DNA of 64,000 bases from Rhizaria sp. SCN 62-66 (Eukaryota), in contig MEDY01000132.1 of the NCBI GenBank assembly GCA_001724265.1, forward strand, positions 1 to 64,000, written 5' to 3'. The notes under the pieces are model-generated. The model was not told the origin of the DNA. It searched no databases and saw only the letters and a list, made by a program, of their open reading frames with translations. Numbering within the stretch: position 1 is the first letter of the stretch; every line of letters starts with the position of its first letter. This document shows positions 36,237 through 49,200 of the stretch, one piece after another. The translations under genes and the position numbers were made by a program.

Positions 36237-39200
36237 TTATTTGCGCCCTGCTCTGCCCCGTGCGCTGCCGCCGGCGCGCCCCCCGATGCCCGCGCCGGCC
36301 GGCTTGGGCCCCGGCGGCGGCGTCGGCGTCAGCATCTGCCTCTGCTGCTGCGGGTATTGCAGGTGGTGCTGCTGTCCGTGCGGGTCTGGGCCGTGGGCAG
36401 CGGAGACAGAGGGCGCGACAGCGGCGGCAGAGGGGGGCGCGGCGGAGAGCCAGCCGTAGCCGCTGGGCCGCGGCGGCAGCTGGAACGGCACTGCGGACTG
36501 AGGGTTGAAGGTACTTACACTGGGGGCGGCAGGGGTACTGACAGCGGGAGTCATGGAGCCGGCAGTCACAGGGGTGTTTGCACCATAGGCACTCGAGCGC
36601 GAGTGCGACTGGGACTGGGGTTGCGAGCTTGAACTCATGTTTGCTTGCGCAGCGGCTGGCGTGGGCACATTGGGGGTTGCACCGACCCTGTAGCCAACAC
36701 TTAGACCGGGGGTACTTACATCGCTAGGGCTGGCACTGCTCTTGCCAAGGGTGCTTAGAATGTCTAAGGGGTTGGCGCGGAACGCGCCACCACTGCCCAA
36801 CGCGACATTCGCAGCGGCGCTAACAGCCGCAGCAGCAGCGTTGGGACTCGCACTCGTATTGGCAGCGTTAGCGTTGACAGAGCTTGAGTTTAAGCTGGGA
36901 CTAACACGGTTACTGCTGTTAATGTTCATCTGAGTGCTTTGTTGATTGTTGCCGTTGTAAGGCGGGACTGGTGTTACGCTGCTGACTGTCACAGGCGTCA
37001 GTGCCTGAGGACTCACAGGCTGTGAACTGTTCACTGATTGAGTACTGTGCACTGTGTGTAGCAGGTGAGAGTTGTTCGCAACAATAGTGCCACTTGCATG
37101 GGGCGCAGAGAGCGAAGACGAAGACTGATTGCTCGAGTAAACACTCTGCTGCTGCTGCTGCTGCTGTTGCTGTGTAGTGTACGCACGTGCGTGAGGCTGT
37201 ACTGGTGCCTGCGACTGCGGCGGCGACTGCTGTGGCTGCAAAGCATGCGCAGAGTGACCGTGGGCAGCACTCGCATTCGCACTCGCGCTTGAGTGACCGG
37301 GAGCAGCTGAGTGACCATGAGCAGCAGAATGACCGTGGGCAGCGGGCGGTAAGTGCGACGTCACATGCACAGTGCCCGTTAAGCCCGTATTTTTCGCGAA
37401 CCGCTCCAGCCTCTGCACGGGATCCATCTGCTTTACTGCCTTGCTATGCACGATTTTCTCCATCTTTTGCTGCTTTTTGCGCATCGCAGCCAGAGTCTTG
37501 GGATCAGTAATCCCCCATGCGTTGAAACTGCTGTCTTTACTCGCACCATTCGCATTGACAGCAGGATTAGCGCTCGTGCCAGCGTTAGCGTGGGAGTTCG
37601 AATTAGAACTATTTTTGTTTGTGTTCACAGTCGTGGCAGCGAGTGACTGCGACTGCGCGTCAACGGGGGTATCCCAGCCAGGAGCACTTACATTGCCGTG
37701 CGAGGTACTTACATTCGCACCATGACCCCCATACTGAGACTGTGGCTGTGGCTGTGCGTCGGCGTACGCGTTAGCGTTGGTGTAGACCGCGGCAGAAGAC
37801 TGTGCGTTTGCACTGTTGTTGTTGTTCACAGGAGTGCCCCACCCAGTCGCCGGCGACTGACCCTGTCCCTAGCTGCGACTGTGCCCGTAGCTGTGACCGT
37901 GAGCAGCGGCACCAGCAGCAGCAGCAGCGGCAGCGGCAGCGGAGGGACCGTGGGCAGCGGTGGTGTGTGCATTGGGCAACACGAACACGTTGCTCCCGCC
38001 AGCACTCTGCTCATACTCGTGATCAGCCATATTGCTGTTACTGCTGCTGTTGTTGTTGTTGTTGTTGTTCATGCGTGATTTGAGTGCATCAACACTGCTC
38101 TTGGGCACACTGAACTTCACACTCTTACTGTTCACACCGCTCCCATTAGCAGCCGCAGCAGCAGCAGTGGCATTGGTATTAGCGCCGCCGCCGACACTGA
38201 TGCTGTGGAAGTCCTCCCAGTCTGCATGCGCCTCTGCATTCGCCGCCAGACGCTCAATCTGCGCCAACTCAGCGTCCAAATCCCCTTCTGCGTCGAGATC
38301 ACCTCCCCAGTCCATGTCCTGAAGCCGCTGTCCGTTGGCCTTGGCGCGCGCAATGCGCCGCCGGAGTAAATACCCCCTTACACGCCGCTGGATCTCCACC
38401 GCGGCCGCGTGGCGCAAGTTAAGCCGCTTCTGGGCGGCCGCCTCGACCCTTAGCCGCCACTGCTGGTACTTACCCGAGCCCACCCAGTCACGCCGCCGTA
38501 CACAGCGGCCGCGCCAGTGCCGCTGCAGCGTCGCCGCAGCTTCCGCGCGCCGCTTACCCAGTGCGGCGGCCGCGGCTTCGGCGCGGGCCTGCTCCTGCTG
38601 CCTTAACACGCGCAGTTGAGCTGTACTTTGCCGTTGCTGCTGGCCGCGCCAGTGCCGCTGCAGCACTAATGCAGCCGCCGCTTTCTGCGCCGCCTCCGCC
38701 GCCGCCGCCGCTGCAGCCGCCGCAGCCTGTTTGGCTGATTTGGCGAGTGAGTCGGCTTGTTTAACAGCGACGCGGAGGGCGTCACGGCGGATACGTGCCT
38801 TGCGAGCCCACTCTTGCTCGGCCTCCCAGCGCTGCAGCCGCTCGCGCTGTTCCCGCTGCTGCCGCTCCAGCTCCTGCTGCTGCTTCACCGCTTCTTCACG
38901 GCGCTTCCGCTCAACCTCCGCCGCAGCGGCACGCTCGGCCTCAAGCGCAGCCCGCCGCAGCCGCTCCTTGTGCGCGATCAACGCCTTGGCCTCAGCGTCT
39001 GCGCCGGCCATCGCAGCTTGAGCGGCGGCGCGGCGGGCAGCGAAGGCGGCTTGACTTTGCGCGATGTCGCGCGCAAAGGCAGCCGCGGCGGTGCGCTGGA
39101 GTTCGAAGTTAAGCCGCGTCTCAAGCTCGCGTAAACGGGCGGCGGCGGCGGCTTCGGCGGCGGCGGCAGCGGCGGCCTCGGCGGCAGCGGCCTCGGCGGC

Positions 39201-41159
39201 GGCGGCGGCGCGGGCGTTGAAGGCAGCAAATTTGGCAGCGGCAGCGGCAGCGGCGGCGGCTTTGGCCTCGGCATCAGCCTTCGCTTTCGCTTTCGCCTCA
39301 GCTTGCGCCAGCGCCTGTGCTTTTGCAGCCTCAGCAGTCTTAGCATCATCAGCAGCGTCCTTAGCAGCAGGGTCTGCCGCGTGGTTCGGCGCGTCGTGGT
39401 TAGTGTTGGGAGTCAAGAGTGCACGCAACTGCTGAGGCCCAGCTGCCCCAGGCTTGTTGTCATTGCCGCTTTGCTGTTGTTGTTGTTTAGTGTTGTTTGT
39501 GGTAACAAGGTGGGACCACTCTTGCTCTGCCTTCGCATCACGCTCTTTCGCTTTCGCCATGAACTCACCCCACAGAGCAAGCTCTTCCTTCTCTTGTTCT
39601 TGCTCAGATGCAGTCACACCCACACTCGCACTGGAAGTAGCGGCCTTTGAACTCGTGTTCGCAGTGGTTGCAGCTGCAGCTGCAGCATTAGTGTTGGAGT
39701 TCAACGTGCTCGTCTTTGCAGAAGGGTTTGTGTCGCTGGCGCTCTGAGTGGGAGTGACCGTGAGCTGTAAGGACTTCTCGGGGATGACCGACTGCAGGAA
39801 CACGGACACCGGTGCTTTGTCAACTTCTAAGGGTGTGCTTAGACTCTGAACACCCTTAGTCGTCGTGGAAGATGATGCAAGTGCGGCGCCAGTCTCCTTC
39901 GTAAGTGAAGTGACAACTTTAGCCAGGGCGGATTCGATATTAGTCAATCCGCCAGATGCAGCAATTGCGTCACTGCTCACCTGATTCTTGCTCTCACTAT
40001 TACTCGCAGTCGCACTAGCATTAGGATCAACACTGCTCGTGTGAGGCCTGTAGTCGGTGTTGCTGGCGTTGTTATAGTGTGCGATTGCGTCGGCCGCCTT
40101 GGTTTGCCCCGCTGCTGCCAGTGTCACCACAAGCTCTTGCGTCAATTGCTTATGCTGCCTCTCAAGTGCCGCAGCCTCCGCTGCCGCGGCAGCCTCAGTC
40201 TCCGCCGCCGTTGTTGCGCGCGCGGCCGCCGCGGCCGTCGCGGCGGCGGCTTCGGCGGCGAACGCGCTCTGCTGCTGCACGCGGGCCGCCGTAAGCGCGG
40301 TCGGGGACGGGAGCCCTGCGAGTGTGCTGAGGGCCGCTTCGGTCTCGGCCGCGAGAGCATCTGCGTACTCGTCCTCGTTGCTGAGCGCGAAAAGAACAAA
40401 ATGGGCAGGTATACAAGCAAAATAAATACGTGTTACGTTGAGTTTAAGATAAAATATGAATGGTTGCAATTGTAGCATTTTCGTTCAGTTTCAGTTCATA
40501 AGGCAGTGGTATACAGTGTCACACCAAGTGGTACGAGTATATGCAACGTACGATTTGCTGCTCGCAGTCGTGGTGTTGAGCAGAGGTGACGGGGGACGGA
40601 AGGCGCCTGTTTCAGTGTCAAAACACGCTAAAGCAGGCGCGGCAAAGACATCGTCGCTGTCTAGGTCGTTATAGTCGCTCTTGTCGTCTGAGTCATAGTC
40701 GTAGCCATAATCGGCGGCGTTCGCACTCGCACTGGAATGGGCGGCGGGAGAGTTCGTATCAGGCGAGTGTTTGAACGTGAACTCTTCGTATTTCTTGTCG
40801 CGCATATAGCTCGCGAAATAAGCAGGCACATTCTCACTCCCACTTGCACTCGCAGTCGTACTAGCACTGGTTGCACTTGCAGCTGTGATGTTGCCACCGT
40901 TGCTGCCACCGTTGCTGCCACCGTTGCTGTTGCTGTTAGGATAGTTCGCGCGACTGTGAGACGAGGTGGATGGTTGAACCAAAGGCCCTGTCGCCACACC
41001 AGCACAGTTGTTAACGGGACCTATCGGCTGGTGTAGCTGTGGCTGCGTTGAGTGCGAGCTCGTGCTCTGGGGGACGGCGCTAGCGTTGGCATTGTTGGGG
41101 GGTTGATAAGGGTGAGGGTGAACGGGGGTATTGCCCCGACTCACCCCAAAGGCAAACAT
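36237..41159 (-). CDS. IQ-motif coiled-coil protein with LRRIQ1-like C-terminal motif (~1583 aa if read through TAG 37871-37869); exons 41159-40552, 40380-36237
   Basis: Intron 40551-40381 (GTACGT...CTCAG) is in frame. Three IQ motifs (LQRHWRGQQQR, LQRHWRGRCVR, IQRRVRGYLLR). ORFs 37869-40478 and 36237-37829 share a frame across one TAG. The downstream part carries AWGITDPKTLAAMRKKQQKM...MDPVQRLERF. The start codon is uncertain. Confidence 0.6.
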
Positions 41160-42926
41160 TGTGCACGCAAGCTCTCGCTCCCTACGTATACGTTAATTCC
41201 TTATGTCTTGATGCTGTGGTCGCGTCTCCGGGCACGCAAAAGGTGCGTCTATGGGACGCCGGGGGGGAGTTGGGGATGTCGAAACAACGGATGGATCAAG
41301 AGTGGAATAAGCAGAGCGTGTTGTGAGTGATGATGACCAAATATGAAAACATAATATCAGATATAAACTTATTTATGAAGATTAATTGACCCAAACGTGT
41401 TTTTGTTTCAATTTACAGTTGTTTGAGCGAGAGCTGGCATCCGTTTTTGACTGGGTTTGACTCCAGCCCATCGTCCCACCGTTCAAAGTCACGACACGCA
41501 AAATATGACATATTCGCACAGAGCGTCATCTTAGCAGACTTTCCTAGGTACAAAACTTCGATATATTACTGATGGCTATGCAAAGTAGTCTATATTTGAT
41601 TTTTAGGTGCATCGTCGTTTATTGGGCCCATTTTATTGTGACATTTCACTCCATGATTACGTGATGATTCTAGCACTATAGCACATCGATATGGTCAATA
41701 GTGGAGACACCAAGCGTCTATCGTAAATGACACTCTTTGACAAAAAATTAACATTGAATTCGTAGCTAGACGTAGCCATTCCTAAGACCTGACAGGTCAT
41801 CTTAACACGCGTTACTATCGTGACATTCGAGCATTGTGCGAGGTATTCTCAGCGATATGAAATAAATGAACACATATAACACAGATAGTCGTAATATTCG
41901 TAGCTGGAAATAATCAAAACCTTACAGTCTCAGTGACACTGTGCGCCAACATGGACTGTTTAAAATACAATCGTGTTTTCCAAGTAGTACTCGGGGGAGC
42001 CAGAGGCGACATAGATAAGCTCAGATGCAGGCGTAGTAATACGCCATGCGTATGTCATGATTAATAATACATATACTTGAGCATGGCATCGCATAAATAT
42101 GTTTAGACGTGCATAGTCGTGCACTTTTGATCAATTCCAAGACTGAGACGACTGCTAGAGCAGACGCGAATGTCATTGTAAGAGATACCAATTGAGCTGT
42201 AAAATAACGAAAATACTCAAACATAAAGAAAGTTTAACATATTCAATTTTTGGCAGCATAACTCTTTATTAAGTGCACCATATCAGACTTGCAGGGTCCC
42301 GCCGGTCGGTCAGTTGACTGCGAGCTCTAAGTGCAACTGCCCGTCTAAGTGGCCGGCCAGTCCGCCGAGTGCGAGCGAGTCAGGATGAGCTGAGGCGCTT
42401 TTGAAGTCTATCCATTTCCCCGGAAGATGATCGTTGCTTGCTTGCTAATGGTGTATTCCGGCTGAATGTGTTCCCAAAAGCATTCCCTCTATTTTAGAGC
42501 GGATGGTTTTGCGTTCTATCACGCGGAGTCGCTCTCGCCTAATCGACGGCAAGCTGCGTCCGCCAACTGCTTCCCTAGGTACGCTATTTTTCGCCTCAAA
42601 GACGCTCTTAATGCGCGCCCTTGTACTTTAACCAGTAACATGATGAACGAAATTATCCCTTTCTGATAATAATTGACGACAAAACAATGTAACTCTTTTT
42701 CTTCTGATACTACTTAACGCTTTAAAGCAACTTTAGCGCAACCATCGGACCTTTTTCTCACCTCAATCGCTCTTTTCGCCTCCCTGTTCGTCCCTACCTC
42801 TATTTCTCAGGAGTTTTTTGTGTGTGATATGACGTGAGAACACTTTTTTCTTCTTCCATGCACACTGATATCGTTTCTGGCCGAGTTATACTCATTGCGA
42901 GCAAGCTTGGATGATCTCAGTTCGTG

Positions 42927-42966
42927 TCAATGGTCAAGCAAGTCCTTCAATGGTCAAGCAAGTCCT
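42927..42966 (+). repeat. Perfect 20-bp tandem duplication in intergenic DNA
   Basis: TCAATGGTCAAGCAAGTCCT x2. Confidence 0.9.
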
Positions 42967-43232
42967 GCCTCTTGATGAGTCTCGAGAGGCATTTATTTGC
43001 GAGTTTTCTTATTGATTTTGTACTGGATAACAATACACAACGCTATCTTTATACTACTCCACTTTATATCCTCTCGATCAAATGAGTGCGTCAACTAAAG
43101 TTACTAGAGTAAGTGTAATCAAGTCACGTTATTGTATTGTGTAAAGGAAACACCATTCATATTCATCAAAACAAAGATTTAAAAAAAAAGTCACAGGCAA
43201 AGAAACTACATATTACCGATTAAAAAAAGTGC

Positions 43233-46200
43233 TTAGAGCTTGTGGATGTCGTTCAGCGGATCGTCCTCGTCATCAAAGTCGAACTGGTAGCCACGGGGCG
43301 TGCCATAGACATCGCCAGCGTCGGCCGCGTTCGCCGCCGTGGACGAGAACACCCCTCCCCCGGCCGCGCCGCCGTTGGCAGGCTTGACGTTGGGGTTGAA
43401 GGCGTCCGCGTCGTCGTCGTAGCCGCCGCCGTAGCCCGCACTACCGTTCTGGTTGTGGTTGCTGTTGTTGATGTGGGCCAGTGGTAGGTTGAACTGAGGC
43501 GCATTGCTGCCATAGACGCCAGCGCCGATGTGAGCGCTCCCACCGGCGTTGTGACCGTAGATGTTATTCGCGCCACTGCTATACGCATTGCCACTGAAGC
43601 CCGCGGCAGCAGCAGCGGCCGCCGCCTGAGCCGCCGCCGAGAAGCCGCCTCCGGCAGCGGAGTGACTGTGAGCAGCATGGTGACCATGAGTAGAGTGGTT
43701 GTTGCGAGGGACAATGTCCTCAGGGCCGGGGATTAGCGACGGGTTGGGCAGGTCGTCCAGTTGGGCCGAAAAAAAGTTCAGGTCATTTTCGGCCTCGGCC
43801 TCAGCGTAGGCGGCGGCAGCGGCGGAACCAGGCTGGAAGGCCCCGCCGCCGTGAGCGGTAGTCACGGAACTGTGATTCGCTTCAGCGATAGATGCGAGAC
43901 TAGACGACGAGGGCTTACCGACATTCGCACCAACCGCTGGGTTGGCGTTGTTGTTACTAAGATTGGCGTTCTTGTTGAAGTTGGGGTTGCTCGATGGTAG
44001 CATGGCCATCATATCGTCGTCATCGTCGTCAAAACCGCTGTTTTTAGTGCCTGCAGTCTTATAAGTCTTGTTGTCGTCGTCATCGTCGTCGTCGTCATCG
44101 TCCCAGATAGCGTCGCGGCCCTTAGACGGCGGCGCCCCGCCGCCTGCACCTGTCGCGGGAGCGAAGTTGGCACTATTAACGTTAGAGTTGGTATTTGCGT
44201 TCATAATGACGTTGGCATTAGTGTTGTTGTTAGCTGCGGCAGCGGCAGCAGCGGCGCCGGCGGCAGCGGCAGCGGAGAGAGCAGCCGGCGTCGGACTGTA
44301 TGGGGCTGACCACTGGCTGCCACTTACATTCCCAGCAGGAGCAGGGACAGGGGCAGGGGCAGGGAACTGCTGCTGCTGTTGCTGCTGCTGAGGCGGCATC
44401 TGCAGCTGCTGCTGAAGGTTGCTGCCGTTGTTGTTACGGGGAGTGGTGGTATTGCTAACGCTGTTGCGCGCCGCAGCAGCGACGGCCGCCGTCGCAGCCT
44501 CCGCCTCCGCCGCCGCCGCCGCCACCGTCGCGGCCACGGCGCCCGCGCCGGCGCCGACGACAGTAACGGGTGCGGCCGCGATCGTGAACGTGGCCGGCGT
44601 CAGCGAGTGCTTCGCGTCGAGCACGCCGACTGTGAGAGCGCCGCGGGAAGTTAAGCCGCCGGTCGGGGTGACGGGGATCGCGCAGAGGTGGCTTAACTTA
44701 ATGATCGCAGAGCCAAGCTGCGTGTGAGGGCAATGTGAGCTAAGCACGTCCTTGGCAGCAATAGTGACATTCTGCGCGTGGGCGGCGTGTAAGGGGGTAC
44801 TTAGACTCGCCGCGTAGAGACGCACTTGGAGGAACGGGTCAGGGCCTTGCGTGAAGTTAAGCCGCATCAGCTTCTTGAACTCGCACACACGCAGCGCAAA
44901 CACGGCCTCGTTCGGCTGGTGTGGCTTGACTTCGATGGGCGGCTTGACTTCCGTGACGACGGCCTGCCGAGCAGCGCCGGAGCCGGTGATGATGGCGACG
45001 AAGAGCGGCGGAGAAGTGTGATTGACAGCGCCAGCGGGAGACTTGAACAAGTCAGGGATGAGCTGGGCGTTGCGGAGCATGACACTGAGCATCACAGCCC
45101 ACTCGTCGTAGTTGACGTTCTCGTACAAACCAGGCTGGTCACCGCTCTTTGCAGAAGCAGTAGCTGCATTGGTGGGAGTGGTGTTGGACGAAGTGTTAGG
45201 CATGATGACGTTCGGCGCAGGCAAAGGACTCAAATCACCAGCATAGCCACCCGGTCCCTGCTGCTGCTGCTGCTGCTGTTGCTGCTGCTGAGGCTGGTGT
45301 TGATGCTGTAAAGAGGTGACTGAGAGGCGAGCGGGCGACGGCGGCGGCGGCATGCCTTGATGCTGAGTCGGCACCGGCGACTGAAGCCCGTCGACACCCG
45401 TGACTGGAGCCGCGACATTGACATTATAGCCATTAGAATCAGCGTTTGCATTGGCGGCGCTCGTGGGTGTCGGGGGCGGGCGCCGGACAGGGGTCGGCGG
45501 CCGCTGCGGCGCCTGTGACGGTACCTGTGACGGTACATGTGACTGGGGCAGCGACTGCGGTAACGGCAGTTGGTGCGATGGCGTGCCCGGTCGCGACGGC
45601 ACCTTCGGCGCAGCTGCGCTGTTGGTATTATAGCCGGTACCCGTGGTGTTCACCGTCGGCGTCTGCGGCCGCGACGGCACGGCAGGCGCAACCTGCGATT
45701 GCGGCTGCTGCTGCTGGCCCTGGAGCTGCATTTGACTGGCGGCGCCGGGGACTGGGACCGAGCGGGACAGCGGAGTCTGGGGCCGCTGGGGTGTCGGCGG
45801 CCGCTGCGGCGTCTGGGGCCGCTGGGGCACCCTCGGGGTGTTCGCCAACGCAGCATTACCACCCATTGCATTGTTGGTCGCATTGATGCTCGTGCTCATG
45901 TTGTTCATGTTGTTGTTGTTGAGAGGAGTCGGCGTGGGCACAGGCAGAGGCACCGGCCGGGCCGGCGATCGTGATTGCGAGTACGCGCGCATATTCGCCG
46001 CTGTTGGCGTCTGCGACGACAGCAAGTGACCGTGAGCAGCGTGAGTTCCGCCCAGGTGACCGTGGGCGCTGTGAGGACCGTGGGTGGCGGCGGCGACGTT
46101 GGTGTGCGAGCGTGGCAGCTGCTGCTGGGAGAAGGAGTGCTGCAACATGCTCGGCACAGTGCCAGAGCGCACAAACGCGTTATTCTGCTGCAGCTGCTGC

Positions 46201-49200
46201 TGTTGCTGTTGTTGTTGCTGCTGTTGTTGTTGTTGAAGCAGTTGCTGCTGTTGAGCGTTGGCGTTGTGATAGGGCGAAGGCGACGCCGACTGCGAGTGCG
46301 AGCGGAAAGGCGTGCCGACAGGGGTGGGGGCGCGGCGCGGGGGCACCACGGGCATACCGCCAGCACTACGTAAATGCAATAACATCAAAAGCAAAGACAA
46401 AGCAGACAACGATGAAGCGTAAGTTTGGGATCCGGTCGAGTGAAAAAATGTGAGATTTCTTGCGTTAGAGGATGTTAACAGTGCGATTTTAGAATGAAAT
46501 TAAAACATATGTGATAGCCGTTTAAAACACAAGATATGCTATAACATCAGATTATATTGGCATCCTTTGCGTGATGATATATGATGCATCATCGTACCTG
46601 GACGTGGGGCGTAGAGCAGACCCGGGCGTGCCGGGCCTCGACGGGGGCCGCACCGGTGTCGCAGGCGTCCCCCTCGCGTTAATATTAGCCGCGGTGCCCG
46701 TGACTCCCGCGTTACTGCCGTGGTACGGCGACGGCGACGGCACAGGCCGCATCGGCGACGGCGACGGTGTGTACCGTCCCGCCCCGGAAGCTAAGCCGCC
46801 ATGTGTTCCCGCGGCACGCGCGGGGTCGGCCAGCCGCTGCTGCTGTTGCTGCACGAGCTGCGTCTGCAGTGCCTGTTGCGCCTGCTGCTGCTGCGCGCGC
46901 CCGGCCTCTGCCAGCCTCCTTTGCTCCGCAAGCGCCGCCGCCTGCTGCTGCTGAATGGCGGTGGTCTCGGCGACACGGGCTTGGATGACGCCGCGCCGTT
47001 GCGCCTCGGCGTCGGCTTCGGCGCGCGCGCGGGCGGCGGCGACCGCGGCGGCGGCGCGCTGGGCCTCGGTGGCACGGAGCTGCTCGTGCTCGCGGGAAAG
47101 CGCGGCCTCGGCGACGAGGCGCTCCTGGCGCGCCAGCGCGGCTTCCTAATCATAACAAAAATGCATCAATAAACAGCAAAGATCAAGATTTAGAGCAATA
47201 AAACAACACAGAAAATGTATATAAGACAACTTTAAATAATAGCATCCGCTTTCAGATCTCTACAAGATGTTATAGGGCCTCCGTTATGGTGCTAATATGT
47301 TTTGTCGTGCGTACCTGCGTGAGGCGGGCAATGCGCGCCTCCGCCTCGCTGATCGCCGCCGTCGTCTCGGTCGTCAGGCCCGTCCGCGGGTCGACCGCGA
47401 AGTCGGCGCCGATGCCAATGCCGGAGCCGGGGCCGCCGGAGCGAGCGGGGGAGAAGCCGCCGACAGGGCGGAGCGGTGAATCTGATCGCAGTCTCTGCCT
47501 GTGGTGGGGGCTCGCCACCCCGCCCTCGCGCTCACGGTCACGGTCGCGGCCGGTGCTGCTGAGGGACGGGGGCGAGGCGGAGGGGAGGATGGAGACAGTG
47601 CCGAAACGGTTCGCGGATGGGGTGCCGTTGCCGTGCCTGCGTATATAATGTGAAAAACAGAGTGAAAGACACAAAAGTGCAGTTTGTGAACATATACGAA
47701 CTTGCTGAGACATAATTTGACAAGATTATAGTAAAGCACATTAAAAGACACACAAAAGATAAGTTTAGACTTAATATATCCACAGATTCATGAGAAATAT
47801 TGTTTTGAGTGAAGTGGTTGTCCGTACCTGTCGACAGCAGGAGTGCCTGCGCGCGAGGCTGAGCCAAACCGAGCCTCGACCGCAGAGTCTAGAATCGCAT
47901 TCACACGGGCAGCGGCAATATCGTACGGACTAGGAGGCGGCTTAAGTACCCCGCCACGCGGCTTAACTTCCGCGTCGTCGCCGGCGTCAGCGCTGGGAAC
48001 CGCTCTCCGCAAGGGAGTCGCAGGGAACGACTGTTGCTGTTGCTTGTTTGCACTTGTACTGCTACTGGTCCTGGAGCCTAATCCCTGCTGCTGCAGTTGC
48101 TGCAGCTGCTGTTCTTGCTGCTGTGCGTTAACCAGAGTGAGCGCTTCGTCTTCGTTCAGTCCCCTTACGCGCATGAGCGAAACTGCACGGAGCAGCATGT
48201 CCATATCCTGTTCTCCTCCGCCGTTGCCGTCGCCGTTGCCGTCGCCGCCGTCGTCAGAGCCGCCTTGCTGCTGGCCGCCGGCAATGCGACCCTGAAGGGC
48301 TGCAATGGCGGCGACGGTCTCAGCGTCCAAACCACCTGTGGGGTTAACGGCGATATTCGGGTTGGAGTTAGGATAGAACTGAGCACGCCCTTGAGACAGT
48401 TGCTGAGACTGCTGTTGTTGAGCCTGAGCCTGCGACTGCGACTGAGACTGCTGCAGAGCGAGCTGTTGCTGCTGCTGTTGTTGCTGCTGTTCTTCTTGCT
48501 CCTGGTGGTGCTGCAGCATCATCGCCGCAATCGTTTGCGCCACCGCCACTTGCTGCTGCTCCTGCTCCTGCTTCAGCGCCGCAATCTCAGCCCGCTGCCG
48601 CGCCAGCTCCGCCTGCTGCCACGCGACCACGGCCACGGGGTCATGCGACGCGGGGCCACTTACATTGGCATTGGCGGCACTTAGGTTCGCCAGGCTCGCG
48701 CTAGCGTTGACGCCCGCGGTGTTGCTATCGAGGATACCGATGGCGTTGCCGTTGATGTTGTTGTTTCCGGCGAGTGCGGCCATGGTTTGACTGCGCAGCG
48801 CAGCAATAGCGTCGCTCTGCGCGTTCGCCAGCGCGGACGGCAGCGCAGCAACCGCGCTCGCGGCAGCAGCGTTGTTGTTGTTGCTGTTGAGCATCTCAGT
48901 ATTGGTGCTGCTGATGTTCGGGACAGGGAGGATCAGACCTGGGGCGGCGGCGGCGGCGGCTTGGTTCAGCACCAAGGGGGGCGCAGAGTCCAGGGGCAAC
49001 GGCTCCTCCGGATGGCGGCGTTTGAAATGGCGGCAGATCGCGCTGTGGCTCGCGAAGACTGCGGTGCACAGCGTGCAGGGGTACAGCGCGGCCGGCAAGG
49101 CCCGGTCCAGTGACAGCACAACTGCCGCAGCGGACGCGTCAACAGCGCTGGCGTTGTTGTTGGCAGGAGCAGCAGAGTAGCCCGGTTGTTGCTGCTGCAG

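Noticed and set aside
41160-43232. 2-kb gap as a possible hidden gene, ncRNA or transposon
   Set aside because: Only short ORFs; no terminal repeats, tRNA cloverleaf or snRNA motif recognised by eye. An Infernal/tRNAscan search would be needed.
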